A DNA stretch of 64,000 nucleotides from the human T2T-CHM13v2.0 reference genome, Homo sapiens (GCF_009914755.1 NC_060938.1); one strand, 5' to 3'; counted from the stretch's first letter, positions 1 through 17,085 are shown. The notes: a model not told the origin generated them from the letters alone. A program made the numbers and translations.

Positions 1-105
1 CTATCGCGGGAGGATCGCTTGAGCCTAGGAATTTGAGACCAACCTGGGCAACATAGCTAGACCTACCTTGTCTCTAAAAAAATTAAAATGAACAAAAAAG
101 AAAGA
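1..105 (+). mobile_element. Alu/FLAM fragment (truncated by window edge)
   Basis: gggaggatcgcttgagcc..gagaccaacctgggcaacatagc followed by A-rich tail. Confidence 0.75.
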
Positions 106-421
106 ATGAAGTCAGTAAACTGTACTAGAGATCAGGATGACCTTTGGGGGTATATTAGAAAATGGAAATTTGAACAACCCAAAGTGTATTCACATTTGAT
201 TCTGGATTACCTTAGAGGGGGAATATAAACATATTCAAAATAAGAACCATTAGTTCTTATAGGGCACCCCAAGGGGAGACTTCTTAATCTAATCTATTCC
301 TGCTTCATGAGGAGGGGACTACAGGCTCAACTCAGACATCCCAGCCAGGGACACACAGTGAGTGGCCCGTGGGCTAGAACACACAGCCAGCATGCGGGCC
401 AGAGAAGCCTGTCGTGTTTTT

Positions 422-1036
<615 letters not shown>

Positions 1037-1059
1037 TGCAGTGTCTTTAGGTGGCTTAC

Positions 1060-1239
1060 CTCCCGCAGCTCCAGCCTCTGGGCCACGGCCTCGAGGCTTT
1101 CCTGGCCAGTGCTCTCCACGGACAGGGTGAACTCCACAAACTCGTTATTAAGCAGTTGGATCCGGGCAACCAGGCAACTCTTGCTGGACACCGTGTAGCG
1201 CCGGGTGCGTTTCAGTTTCAACCCAAATGGCAGTGGCAT
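1060..1239 (-). CDS. PTPN21: PTPN21 (PTPD1) first coding exon, aa 1-60, start of FERM domain
   Basis: [60 protein letters not shown] ends at GAG|gtaagc donor (phase 0); recognised N-terminus of PTPN21. Confidence 0.96.
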
Positions 1240-1441
1240 CTTCTTCTTTCTTCAAGAATGGAGGAGCAAAGAGGGAAAAGCTACCCCCACCAACCCAGCG
1301 CTGGTGACGCCAGGAGAAAGCGATCCTCTCCGTATGGGACGAACACTGTCCGGCCTCCAGCTGCTCACCCAGCAGCCGCTGCCGCCATTAAAAAGCAACG
1401 GAGTCTCCAATGGCCCGAGGAAGGGAGCATTGACGCCAGCG
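1240..1441 (-). other. PTPN21: PTPN21 exon 2, 5' UTR part
   Basis: Minus strand branch point ctaac (plus gttag 1461-1465), pyrimidine tract and cag acceptor: ttcctctttccccag|C at 1441. Confidence 0.85.
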
Positions 1442-2460
1442 CTGGGGAAAGAGGAACGCCGTTAGTTAAGCAAACGTAACGCTGGGCTTTGCTTATATAA
1501 AGAAAAGCCAGTCAAGCTGTGGCCAAAGAACAAGCCGTCCCTCTCCACTGGAAAAAAGGCACTAACAGGACCCGGAAGGCAGGGTGGAATTTTATCTCAG
1601 AGTTGTGCTAGGCTCAGGGTCAGACTCCACCCTTCACTGTATCCTACAAATAGGGATAGCAAACTGGGCCATCCTCAGGATTAAATGAGATAATAGCCAG
1701 CACTACTATAATCCCAAATTTTGTAGTTAGTAATTGTGATCCTCTTCCTATTTTGGATAAGGTGTTGTTTTTTCATAGGTAACTCTTTCAGGTTGTAATA
1801 CTCCAAATGTCAGAGTTCTTTAGTCCTTAAGTGAGAAAAGTGCCAAATGGCCCCAAAAGAGCTAGGTTTCAGTCCCAATCCCTTTAGAAAATTAACCCTG
1901 AAGGCAAATGGGAGGAATAATCCCCACTAAGAAAGGCAGGTGTGTGATTCAAACCCGGTGAGGTGCCTAACAAGCGCTTGTGGAAGTATTTACGTCATCA
2001 AATTGATTTACTGATAAACATCATAAAAGACCCTACAAATGCTCGTTATCCATTTACCACTAGAAGAGTGGCAGTTCTGAAAATCCAGACCCCGGCCCCT
2101 CTCCAGGATGGGGACGCCCAAACAGGCCTTCACCTAAGCGGAGCCGCGGCCCAGAAGGGGAGGCGGGCGAGGTCTTCCACGCCATCCTGAGTTAATGAGC
2201 GGCCGGAGGCAACAAACCCAAGAAGCCCACGGGGCCTTGGAGCACTCAGGCCCCGGCTTCTCCCGCGTCCTCCCCTTGGGAAGAGCACGCGGCGTTGCCA
2301 GGCCAACCAGTAGACTCGGAGGCCCCGGAACCCTCTTTCTGCAGCCGCGTTTCTGGACGGACGCGCTCTAAAAGGACCGGTCCCTCGGCTCCCGAAGGGA
2401 ACATTTAAAGGGACCAGCGCGTGCCCTACTGGCGGTGGAGAGGCTGGGCGGGCCCCATAG

Positions 2461-2664
<204 letters not shown>

Positions 2665-5289
2665 TAACAGTTTTTAACCAGACCTGTTGATGGTTTCTGG
2701 GGCGAGCACTAGCTGGGGATTTTTATATCAGCTGGATTAGTTTTTTCCCCCTAAACGAGTCTACAAAATCCCGGACATTTCCAGGGTCCTGAGACGGTTC
2801 CCTACCTTCCTTCTGCGCAGAGATTGCCTGTTGGGGATGAATCGCTTAGCGAGACCCAGCCATAGCTGGCTACGCTGAGTTCCGGCCCGGGACCGCGCGG
2901 AGAGGCAAGATCTATTCCCGACCCTCTCATCTGGCAGACAGAACCCAGGCTTCAGGAAGAGAAGCGGCTTTCGCAGTTTCACGCTAGGACGGGCTGAGCT
3001 GGGAATCGATCCCAAATTCCACAGTCCCAGTCCTCTCCTGGGTCCTGCTCTCCTGACTGCGTCTCAGGCCCAGAGGTGATGGGGCACTTAGGGTTAGGGA
3101 ATGGCAGACCTGGAGAAAAGGGTTCCGCTACTACCCTCGGCTTTGCCAAACTTAACATTTTGAAATTCCATTCCACAAATGTGTACTGCGTCTCTGGGAA
3201 CAAGACAGCGTAATGAGCATCGTGAGAAATCTAAGACGAATCCCTAAACCGTCGCTGTCTTTAAAGAGATTACAACCATGCTATAATTACATACAGAGCT
3301 GTATCTCTAATAAGGACCCAACCACGGTTTTATCTGGCTAGTTTTTTTGTTTGTTTTGAGCTCTGGTTATTTCCCATAGCCAGGAAAATCAAAATATTAA
3401 AAACAAGGGATAGGGGAAGGCCAGAAGAAAAAAACAACGCTGCAACTACCTAAAGCACTGTGTTAATTAACCGCATTTGCTGAGTGCCTTCTGTAGGTAA
3501 AAGCACCATACTATGGAGGGAAACAGAAAATAAGTATTAAAAGATATGGTTTCCACTTCCAGTAGTTTTCAATGCTCTTTGCTGTTTCAGGGGTATAAAC
3601 TAAATAAGTAAAGCAAGATGGAAAAAAATTAGCAAATGACAACTTTAAATAATAAGCTTTTAACTAGAAAATTGATAAACCAAGAGTAAATATTTAAGGA
3701 TTATAAATATGCATACTAAACACCCTTTCATGAGATCAGATGGTGGGTTTCAATTTTACATAAAAATTATGGTAACTGGAAACCGGGCGGATTAAGTAGT
3801 GTAGATGAACAGACAAGATATTGCATATGTGTAGAGGAAAGATAAATATTTGTATTAGGTGCCATTCAAATATGGTAGTCTTTTCACTACATAGAACTAT
3901 GCCTTGAAAGCAATAGATACTACACTGTATAACTTAATTATTAACTTAAGCTCTGATTAAGCAAACTCAGTAAAACTTTCAATTGTCCCTCAGACTTGAA
4001 ATGTATTACTGCATCAGGGATAAAGGAAAAGTCAAAATTATCTCTTATTTTGGTAGATGAAATTGAAAAAGTTGCAGTGTGTGTGTACATGGTGCATCCC
4101 CCCAAGATCTATCCATAAGAATGGCTTGCTTTTTGCTTATTTATATAAAACCCACTATGTTAAAACAATGATTTTGTTTAATAATTTACAAATTTATCAA
4201 TGATTTATACATCTTAATTTTCAGTAATATGCAGTATTTGTTGCCAAATGGTGTAATACAATTATGAATGTCTGAAGATAATAAAACCAAGATGAGTAGA
4301 AATTTAAGAGTTCTTTGGGGAGGTCTGTTTCAGGTATAAAATAATATGCAATAATATGAAAGTGATTGGGTCTGGAATTATAATTTACTAAAGTAAACAT
4401 AATTTATAAATAGCTATTAAAGGAAAACTAGGATATAATTTTTTCTCTACAAAATCTTTCCGTTTTGTGGTAAGTAAACAGATACATACTAGATTCTGCT
4501 TCAGTACAAGTTTACAAAAGGCAGTCTGAACTATTTGTGAATTCATTTTAATTTTCCCTCTCTACAACCCTTTCCAAAAGTTCCTCAAATACACTTTACC
4601 TCTCAATCTTACAGCGTTTCCCCTTTCCTATTAAGGTCCTTACCACATGTAATTTTGCCAAAGTTGCTTTAAAATAAAATAAGCACTAAAAGGAGAGAGT
4701 ATGTGACATTTTTAGAGTAATATCTATAGCTATAGCATTAAACCCATGTTTCTCACGGAGAAAACATCTGTGCGTAGATGCTCCAGAATAAAATGCCCTA
4801 GAAACGAAACGGACTATATTCAGAGTAAAATTACTGTCGTGTCCCAAACTTAAAAAAATAAATAAACTGTCAGCAACTATTAGGCATACAGCAGTTGTCA
4901 CTTGGAGCACACGAATGTTCTGAATGTGTTTGTGAGCATACGCTATTAGTATAAGGCTTTCTCAGCAAAAAAGAAAATAGGACGAGCATGCCAAGAGCGG
5001 CCAATCTAATCAGGATTTGCAGAAATCACAAGTCGGAATTTGCAGATCCAAGAATTCTTGTTTCCAGAGTAAATACTCTACTCCAAAAACAAACCCAGGC
5101 GTTACCAAACAGTCCTTCCCTGCGCCCCTTCTCGCCAAAGTTATCTGGCGAATTTCACGTTTATATATTCTGAGAGGCACAAATATGCCTAACACATTTA
5201 AAACCCTGATCCAGAATTAACCCGCAACAATCGGCCAGGGCGTTCGGAATAGAAGTTCAAGACTCCTTTTAGAAATTACTCAAGTATAT

Positions 5290-5965
5290 GAGAGCGAACC
5301 TGAAAAACAAGACTTTTCTCTTTGTTACGCTCCCGCTACGGGTCTGGCCGCCGCGCCCCATTCTCCGGGATTCCGGGGCCGCGGGCGCGCTCCGGGGTCC
5401 GGGCGAGTGGACACACCCCACCGCTCGGGCCAGCCGCCCGCCCCTCCCGCCGGCCGGGGACCGCGCCCTCACCTGCTCCCGCTCCCGCTCCCGCATCCTC
5501 GGGGCCGCGCGCCCCGCTCAGCGACCCGCCTCCCGGGGCCCCGCCGCGCGGCCGCCGCAGCCGCACCCGCACGCCAGCCCGGGCCGCGGCGCGCTCATGG
5601 GGCTCGCACGCCTCACTTCCTGTCTCCAAAAACCCGGCTCGCAGACCATTCCCCTGGGCAGAGTCCGGCGGTGGCGACGGCGAGGGGCGAGGCCTGGAGG
5701 TGGGACCGGCCGGCGAGGAGCGCCACACAAAGAAGCCCCGTGGGGGCGGGGGGTGGCAGGAGGACGGACAGACCGTCGGACCGACGCGGGACGCGCGGCC
5801 GGAGCAGCGGGGCGGCCGGGCCCAGGCGTCCCTCCCCCTGAGCCGGGCGGGCGGATCCGGGGAGGCGGCGGCGGCCCGTGACCTCAGAGAGTTGGAATGC
5901 GGGCAGCCGCGCGGGGGAGGCGCGGACAGCTGCGCCCGGCCGCCGGGGAGGGGGCGCGCCGCTGC
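5290..5965. promoter_or_regulatory. PTPN21: CpG island / PTPN21 promoter
   Basis: Very GC- and CpG-rich block with GC boxes, abruptly flanked by AT-rich DNA. Confidence 0.9.
5473..5830 (-). other. PTPN21: PTPN21 non-coding exon 1 (5' boundary approximate)
   Basis: Consensus donor CAG|gtgagg on minus strand (plus cctcac|ctg, exon edge 5473) inside the CpG island; TSS cannot be fixed from sequence. Confidence 0.65.
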
Positions 5966-6339
5966 TTTTTTTAATCGTATGACCACTTATTTTAAGAGTT
6001 TCCAAATAAAGCAAGGCTTTTAATAAAATGAGTGGAGGGGGTATTATTTAGGTTCCAGATAAAGGGTTTTATTCCTGTGTTATTAGGTAGGCTGTAAAAT
6101 GCTGTTATTGATGGTTATTCGTTTACTCTGGTATATTTCTGAACACTATTGGAATACATTTCTTCTTTTCCTGCTTGCTCCTAAGGTTATGCCCCATATA
6201 ACTAGACACTTCCAGTACTGGGTGGGAAAGCCCCCCCACCAAAAATGGTTCATATGCCTCAAATAACCTGTCAGTCCCCAAAAGGGAGCTGTCTGCTTAT
6301 GCAATATAGAGCAGAACTGTTAAGGATGGAGACTTGACA

Positions 6340-6450
6340 AAGTTGTCAAATCCCAGCTCCAACATTTACTAGCTGGATGACCTTGTGCAAGTTTCTTAAC
6401 TTCTCTTTACCTGTTTCCTCTCCTATAAAAGAGGGATATTAATATCTTTG
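6340..6450. mobile_element. MIR fragment
   Basis: aaatcccagctcc..actagctggatgaccttgtgcaagtttcttaacttctct..gtttcctc core MIR motif. Confidence 0.7.
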
Positions 6451-7129
6451 CACAGCAGGGGTGGGGGAAATAAATACTAAGCAATATCCAATAACTTGTG
6501 TAAAGTATATATGAAGTGTTTCGTTTAACGTTTATTATACAGTATTCTTGTACTGCATTATTACTGTATTGCAGCACTTAAGCTGAGGAATAAAACTGTG
6601 TGACCCTACCACTATTACAATAGTGTAAGATCTTTTCTTGGCATGTGGAACACAGAACCTTTTAATTTATGTAAATTTTAATTTCAGTGATTTTGTTTTA
6701 ATGCTGTTGTTTCTGGAAAGCTTTTTAAAGTATTGTTTCATGTAAATCTCATTTTCTTAAACAATTAACAAAAACTTTTGAATACTTAACTCTGCATGAG
6801 ACGTGGTCCCTGCACAACACGGACTTTTGGTTTAGTGGGTGATAAACGCACCTGCACACCACACACGCAGTACAAGGCCAAAGTGGGGAGCATTGTCATA
6901 GAGGTATGAGTGCTATCCAAGAGCAAAGCCCAGCAAGGTGCATCTTGGGTCGTTTAGCTAAAGGCAAATAAGATTACCTGTGTTTCTAAGGGAAAAAAAA
7001 TAGATCAATTCTGTTTGTAATTGATATTTCAACTGAACTCTATGAGGGGGTCAATTTGTGTGTGAGCAAAGAAAAGAGATCTAAAAAGAAGTCACTTTGC
7101 TGGCTTCCCAAGGTAGAAAAACTGGAATC

Positions 7130-7700
7130 ATGTGTGACTTCTCCCATTATCATCTCCAGCCTGTCATCAAGACCTGGTATTTCCTCCTTTGAAATGTCTC
7201 ATGAATTCTTTGTTTCCTTTCTGTTCCCCCTGGAACATTCTAAATCCAAACCCTCATCATTTTACATCCGGATTATTGCAACAAGGGTGGTCTCCTGGCA
7301 TCTGGTTTCTCAGTTCTCTCTTATTTCCTTGCTAATACCAGGCTTCCTTCTCTTATCACTCTTAATGGACTCCCAAGGTTAAGTTCTTCTGCCTGACCTA
7401 TAGGGACTTTCCAAACGGGCCTCTCTGACCACCTATATCGCTTTCTGCCCCTGTCAAGCTTTGCCCCTGGCCAGCAGCCCCTCCTGCCCTCTTTCCACTT
7501 GTCTAAGCCTTCTGCTTCTCTGCAAGTAAGACTCTGCTTCCAGGATGACTTTCTAGCCACACCATTCCACAGTGATCTCCACACTTGGCAAGAACTGTAA
7601 AAGTTGTTTCATGACGGCTTCTTTTATATCTCCTAGGATTCCTAGGACAGTACTGGGCAAAGAGTAGGCACTAAATAAAAACTTGTTAATTGAATCAGGA
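7130..7700. mobile_element. Degenerate L2-like fragments
   Basis: Pyrimidine-rich L2-like tract ending in L2 3' end-like agtaggcactaaataaaaacttgttaattgaat. Confidence 0.45.
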
Positions 7701-8250
7701 AGAAAATAAAAGAATTTTAAAAATAGAAAATGACCATAAAACCCAAGAGATGTTAGACAACTGAGTTGAACTTCCTCCCTCACAGTCCACAGATGTCATT
7801 TACTGACCAAGTACCTAAGCCCTATTTTCCCTCAGCTATGTTAATTTGGCAGGAACATTCATGGGAAGGCACTTGAATAACACCTTCAAAATATTAGACA
7901 TAAAATTATTAGCTTGTGTTGCATATCTAAGGAAGTGAGATAATTTATATGGTGCCACCCCCAAAGATACAAAAGGGTGTAAGTAAAAAGTCCCCTTCTC
8001 ACCCTGCCTGCTAGACACCCAGCTCTTCTCCTGGGAGGTAACCAGTGTTCCCTCATTCCTCTGTATCCTTACAAAGATGTTCTGCAGAGTTACAAGAAAC
8101 TACATATAAGTATCTTTACCCCCTCTTGTTATCCAGAAGGTGGCATACTTACACATACTTTTACACTGGAAGTTATTTCTTACTAAAATAAATAAAATGT
8201 AAAAAGAAAGCCCAGCACATAAAATGATGAAAGACAAAAAGATGAAAGAA

Positions 8251-8595
<345 letters not shown>

Positions 8596-8714
8596 TTAGA
8601 AGTTCAAAAGTTAATCTGTTTTGATAGCATGGTGAATACCCACCGTATAAATTATCATCATCTGCAAAAATCCAAATTGAATGAATGCCCTGCCACGCAA
8701 AGATAATGATTCCT

Positions 8715-9723
<1,009 letters not shown>

Positions 9724-10164
9724 TCACATGCAACACCTTTTCAGTTGCAAAAGAGCAACCATTTTATGGATAGATTCCCCTGGACATCAGAGAAATGATT
9801 ATCTTGGCAGTGTGTTTGTTGAAATGGAGAAGCATGTCTGCCTCAGTAGCAAGTGGCTGCTGTGACTGTAATTCCCAACACTTAGGGCCTTTGATCCAAG
9901 TATGTCTATGCCATGTGATAATCACTATTGGAAAACACTTGTCCATTCAGCCCACATATATTTAGAAGCCAGGTGCTGCAAGGAGAAAGGTAAATAGATG
10001 CATACCCCTGTCCTCAAAGACTCACCATGTGAACAACAGATGAATATGTAATTGTAGTAGGTGAGGAAATTTATACATGGTTATACTTTATAGTCTGAAT
10101 GGACTGGTAATGTCTCGTTAATCACTGTGATCAGCTTCTGCTTGAGTCTGGAAAAGCAGACTCA

Positions 10165-10520
<356 letters not shown>

Positions 10521-11479
10521 TCAAGCAGGAAGACACCCCCACTCCCACCCCACCTTCCCCCATCCCCTAGTGCTTCTACACACTCACACACGCACACACG
10601 TGCAAAGGATGTGCAACATCCAGCTGAAATACAACCTGAGAAGAGATTGCAGACGTGGTTGGGGGGCAATGTTAGAAGACTCATGGCTCCATGGAGATGG
10701 GGTTGGTACTCAGCCCTTCTGACTTCAAAGCCAATGCTCTTTTCAGTCATCTTCTCTTTTTGGAAGACAGCCCAGAGCCCTCTTAGCTGGCACTTTGGGT
10801 TTGTTGAAATCTGGTCTTCACACTGTCCCCTAGAGGAAAACATGTTGTTTCCCCTAAATCAGAGAACATTTCCAAGCTGGGAAAAAAAAAAAAATACTGT
10901 CCAGTATAGTCTTTTTCAAGCCTAGCACTCCTACTCCCTCTAATGGCTTCTCTTAGGGCATTATCATGAACATCTTCTTCGAGATGTGATGTAGTTTGTG
11001 AAGCTGCAGTTTACAGGGAAGTGCCTGGAACTGCACTGGAACACCAAATGAACCATTGGTTTAGTGGGTTTGCCCCTCCTGTGATCGAGACATCATAACA
11101 TCTTAGATCTAAATGTGGGAGGTCTCAAGCAGCCTTTCAGTCTCTTTTCCACAGTTGTCCTAAAAGTTAGCTCATGGTCCTAAAAGTTAACGCTTTCTTG
11201 AATATATTTTAATAAGTTTCCCTACTCTGAATATGTTTTAATGAAAACATTACTTTTTATTAAATGTTATTCTCAATATTATGTTAATATTGACTGAGAA
11301 TTGGGTACCCAGTAATGGTAAAACATGTTTTTGTTCTTAGTTCTGAAATGGTTGGTAAAGGAATAAAAGTAATTCATCTGTCTTTTGTATTGTGAGTGTC
11401 ATGAAAGCAGGGAGTTGGTCTTGCTCCTCTTTGTGCTCTGGCTCCTAGCACTGTATCCCAGTGCAGGTACTTAATTTTT

Positions 11480-11720
11480 AATCAGCAAGCATAGTACTGC
11501 TATAAGCCAGGCACAGTTCAATATACTTCACAAATATTAACTTATTTCATCCTTATAGTAACCCTTTGCAGGTGAAACTAGTATACCTATATCACAGATA
11601 AGGAAACTGAGGCACAGAGATGAGAAGCAATTTGCCGAAGGTCTCAGAGGGAGTGGCAGAGCCAGGATTCAGACCCAGACGGTCTGGCTGCAGTGCCCTT
11701 GTTCTGTGTCATTCTGCTCT
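11480..11720. mobile_element. MIR
   Basis: acagataaggaaactgaggcacagaga..ggcagagccaggattcagacccagacggtctggct. Confidence 0.8.
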
Positions 11721-12024
11721 GCTGCCTGTCATCAATGCTGAATGAGTGTATGATCACTGGATTTATCCTTGAGGAATGCTTTTGTAAATTAGGTCTTTAA
11801 TTTCTTTTACCCTATTAATATTTAATGAGTGCTTACTATGTGTCCAGCATCCTGAAAGGTTGGAGAAATATAAAGCCCTACAGAGAGTTTATAATTTTGT
11901 TAGGGAAGACACACACACACACACGAAATAACATTGCACAGAATATATTATTATACTAATAGCTTCCATATAGATGCCATAGGAATTCACAAGAAAGGAT
12001 TATATGAGATTATTAAAGGACCAC

Positions 12025-12960
12025 GTGACAGACCCTAGGTAGCCCCACAACTCCTGCTTCTGCTGTCCCCACAACCCACTCCTGACCCCTAGTGTGGATT
12101 GCTTAGGTAATAAACATGGCAAAAATAAGAGGTTTGGCAGATGTAATTGAGGTCGTGAATCAGCTGATTTTGGGGTCAGGTCCTGGGTGGGCCTAACTTA
12201 ATTAAATGAAAGCCCTTGGCTGGTCTCAAACTTCTGGTCTCAAGTGATCCTCCCACCTCTACTTCACTGAGCTGAAATTACAGGCATGAGCCACTGTGCC
12301 TGGCTTTTACTGGCGTAAGTGAACAGACATGTTAGTGAACCCTTTGGCAAAGAACTGTGGGCAGCCTCTACGACTTGAGAGTGGCTTCCAGATGATAGCC
12401 AGAAAAAAATCTGGGTCCTTACTCATAAAGCCACAAGGAAATGAATTATTTTTTTTTTTCCTGAGACAGGGTCTCACTCTCTCATCAAGGCTGTAGTGGC
12501 ATGATCTTGGCTCACTGCAACCTCTGCCTCCCAGGCTCAAGCAATCCTCCCCTCTCGGCTTCCCAACTAGCTGAGACTAGAAGTGCATGCCACCACGCCC
12601 AGCTAATTTTTTGTACTTTTGAAGAGACATGTTTTTGCCATGTTGCCCAGGCTGGTCACGAACTCCTGGTCTCAAGTGATCCGCCAGCCTAAGCCTCCCA
12701 AACTGCTGGGATTACAGGCATGAGCCACCGCACTCAGCCAGAAATGAATTCTTGCTAACAACCTGAATGAGCCTGAACATAGATTCCTCCTCAGTCAAGC
12801 CTCCAGATGAGAATACAGCCTGCCTGACACGATTGTAGCCTTGTGAGACCCTGAGCAGAGGACCCAGTGAGGTTGACCCACGGAAACCATGAGATGATAA
12901 ACGTTTGTGTTTTAAGCTGCTAAATTTGTGGTCATCTGTTATGCAGCAATGGATAACAGA
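12025..12960 (+). mobile_element. MLT1-type MaLR LTR interrupted by Alu sequences
   Basis: ttggcagatgtaattgagg; 3' end tgtgttttaagctgctaaatttgtggtcatctgttatgcagcaatggataacaga. Confidence 0.75.
12448..12740 (-). mobile_element. AluJ-like
   Basis: Full antisense dimer; TSD-like gaaatgaatt. Confidence 0.88.
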
Positions 12961-13659
12961 GACCACTCTCAGGAATTAGTGGATATGAGGGAGAAAGGAG
13001 ACCTCTCTGTGCTTCCTCTGTTTCCCAGGTTTTGTGATCAGGGATAGGGAGAATTCGGCTATTGATACAAATAGGGGAATCAACAGTAGTAACCTATTGA
13101 GTGGAGGAAGGGGAGATGAAGGCGACTTCTGTCTAAGCGCTGAGTTGGGAGAAAATAAGAGTAGTTACTTAGAATTTGGGAGTGGGGTTTGTGTGAGAAT
13201 TCAAGGCTGATGGAAAATTCGGTCATTATCAGCACAGAGTTGACAACTTAAGTCCTAAGAACAAAAGTGTTGTCCCACGGAGGGTGTTCAGAGAAGCAGG
13301 AGGATGGGATTCGTCTCGGGGAGAGGCCACGGGTGGCCCTGGAAGAAGGAAGGCAGAACCAAACCCAGGAGGGCCAGTGTACTGCAGAGTCAAAGAGTTG
13401 ACGGATTGGCTCTGTTGCTCTGGATAGTCCATTTTCCCTTCAAGGGTAATTGCAGTGCAACCTCTAATGGGCAGACTCCATTTTACAGGTAAGAAAAGTT
13501 GAAATACCTGGACCGATACCATACTGACAGTAAGTGAGGGCTGGATTTGAACTCGCGTCTCATATCACAGCCCAAGATCTTTCTGCTACACATTTAATTC
13601 ATTCTTACCATCCAAGAGAGAATAAAATGAATAAGCGGAGGGCCAGCAGAGAGACTAAC

Positions 13660-14420
13660 GAAAGGTCCCCGAGGTGCCCGGGAGGCGGAGCTGCAAGACC
13701 ACCCGCACGCGCACGCCGCCGCCCTCCTTGCCTGAGCACAGGTTTCGCGGGTAGAAGGCGTGCGCAGGCGCGGACACGGGCGCATGCGCGTTCACTCCGG
13801 CGCGCAGTGCCGGCCGGGGCGGGGATACGCCGTGTGCGCGGCCGGGGGCGGAACGGAGGAGGAGGCGGTGGTGTCCCGGCTGCGGGGTAGGAGTCCGCGG
13901 CAGCCTCCGGGTAAGCCAAGCGCCGCGCAGTGCTGAGTTCCCGCACGCCGCAGAGCCATGGAGATCGGCACCGAGATCAGCCGCAAGATCCGGGTGAGGC
14001 CCGTGCCGGTCGGGGGTGGGAAGCCAGGTCTCGGCGAGCGGGCGGTTGTCAGGAGTAACGGGGACTGTGGGCCCGGGTGGACGCCGCGGCCTGGCCTCCG
14101 CTGGACGCTCCTGGCGGGCTGCGGCTCCTCCTCGTCCAGGCCGCCTCGGCCCTGGGGACATTTGCGGCCTCGGAGCGTGGCTGCGGCTGAAGTAGCCGCC
14201 GGGAAATGGAAGGACAGGCGCAGGCCCGGCTGGAGCCACCACCGCGGCGCACGGCGCCGCTTTGGATCCGCTGCGGGAGGTGGGCGCCGCGGGGCTGGGG
14301 CTGGAGCTGGAGTGGGGTGCGGGGTGGGGGGCGGTGCAGGCGAGGCTCCTCCCAGCCCCCGCCCGGGGGATCCGAGGTGCGCGCACCAGCAAAGTGGCCT
14401 CAGCCGCTGCAGAGTCCGGT
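13660..14420. promoter_or_regulatory. ZC3H14: CpG island / ZC3H14 promoter with NRF1 and Sp1 motifs
   Basis: NRF1 palindrome GCGCATGCGC 13780-13789, NRF1-like TGCGCAGGCGC 13761-13771, GC box GGGGCGGGG 13816-13824; TATA-less. Confidence 0.88.
13958..13993 (+). CDS. ZC3H14: ZC3H14 exon 1 CDS (MEIGTEISRKIR)
   Basis: Kozak gccATGG; donor CGG|gtgagg; 36 nt. Confidence 0.96.
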
Positions 14421-14474
14421 CTTGTTTTCCTAGAGCCGCCTTTCTCACATGCACGTTTGCTCTTTTTCTCTCAG

Positions 14475-14517
14475 AGTGCCATTAAGGGGAAATTACAAGA
14501 ATTAGGAGCTTATGTTG
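14475..14517 (+). CDS. ZC3H14: ZC3H14 exon 2 (SAIKGKLQELGAYV), PWI-like domain
   Basis: tttttctctcag| ... G|gtaagt; 43 nt, frame continuous. Confidence 0.95.
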
Positions 14518-15954
14518 GTAAGTGTTTTTTTGGTTGTTAGTCTTACAGAATTTAGAGTTTGCAGCTAATAGAATTTTAGTGAATGCGTATTTCTCACCGT
14601 ACTTTGGACATTGGGAGAGACTCCCTTCTACCTTCTTCAAATCTTATACTCCCTGGTTACTTCTTTATCATCTTTTTGCAACCTTGTTTTTTTTCTCCCA
14701 AACCTCCTTCTGTTATGGTGTTTTGAAATTTAGTTTCCTCCGTTAAGGCTCTGTTTGACCGAATTTTATTTTATGTTTTTCCTATTCTCTCTCTCTCTCA
14801 TTTTAAATTCTAGGGACGGGTCTCGCTACGTTGCCCAGGCTGGTCTTAACTCCTGGGCTCAAGCAATTATCTGACCTTAGCCTCCCTAGGTGCTGGGAGT
14901 GCGGGGATTACTGGTGTGAGCCACCATGCCTGTTTAAAGTTTCCTATTCTTGTTACTTTCCTCTTGACATTTGTTTTTAGAACTCTGATGTTGGATGTGA
15001 ATGTTTGATGCTTTCTGGCATTTGCTTCTGTAATGGTTCAGTGAGTTTTATTTTCCGATCTCTTTATGTTTTCCCTCTCTCTCTGAAACAGTAAGGCTTT
15101 TTCCGTCTCTTTATTCTTTTATAATTTGAGTGTTTACTCTGGGTCAGGTACTGTGCTTAACTATTGTATATGTATTAACTCAGGATAATCCCTACGAGAA
15201 TCCTGGAAGGTAAGTGGCAGTATCTTTGACTGTGTAAACAAGGAAACTGAGGCTTTGCCTACTTGAGCAAGGTTTTATGGTTTGCCCCCAAAGCTGGTGC
15301 CTCCTATAAAAATAATAGCTACCACTAATGACAGTGGTTCTCAAAGTGTGGGAGACTCCAAGGGCCTCTGAAGTCAAAACTGTTTTCATATTAATACTAA
15401 GATGGTATTTGTTATTTTTCACTGTGGTGGTGGTGTTTGGATTGTGTAAAACTAATGGTTGATAAAACTTGTCAGCATAGTAACACCATAATGAAATCAT
15501 ATTCAAATCACTCCCCCCTTGTAGTTTTTTTCTTTTTGAGCCAATTACACTTAAAATGTCATTAATGAAGATGTGAAGTCCAGGGTTTACAAAATATTTT
15601 TTATCTTCTTAGTATTCAGTGCGAGGAAATAGAAATGCTCATAAAACATTTTTATTGTATACTGAAATACGATTGTTCTGAGGAAAATCATTTTAGTTGA
15701 GAACTAAGCTAGCCACCTCTTTCAGGGAACATCATTTTTAACTTCAAAGTACTGACAAACTGGTTACATACACTAGGATATTTGGCAGATATTTACTTGA
15801 AAGTGAGCAAAGAAAAGAATCCATAGTCTTTGTTGCCAATCACATGTGAGCTTTCAAATGAAAATTAGAATTTTGGAAAATCTGAGCCTGCCTCCATGAA
15901 TTTCACAGCTTCCCAGTACTTAAAAAATTTCTGATTAAATAAATGGTGATTTAA

Positions 15955-16287
<333 letters not shown>

Positions 16288-16665
16288 TAATTATTTTATA
16301 CTGCATAATGAAATATATCAACGTGTCAGTGGTTTTTGTAGCTAAGTGAACCAATCTTTTCTAAATAACCAATGCATAATATTACAAAATTATGCAGTGG
16401 ATTAAAGATTTATTTAAACTCTGGGGTGGGTCAGTGGATTTTTGTGCAACAGTTCAAAAAGGTCATTGACGTATTTGACATTCCACGTTGCTTTAACATT
16501 TAATAAGCTACCACTTGTTTAGTTTTGGTGTAGTGTCACAGAAGAATATCCACCTTATCTGAAAAGACTATCAGAATACTCCTTTTTCAACTGCATATCT
16601 GTGAGACCAGATTTTTTCATATTCTTCAGTCATAAGCACATAGAACAAGATATATAAAAATATGA

Positions 16666-17085
<420 letters not shown>

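Noticed and set aside
5269-6023. Several long overlapping ORFs on both strands
   Set aside because: Stop-codon depletion in a CpG island; low-complexity G/P/R/A translations.
13534-14540. Long ORFs (up to 245 aa) around ZC3H14 exon 1
   Set aside because: CpG-island artefacts; only 13958-13993 and 14475-14517 fit the spliced frame.
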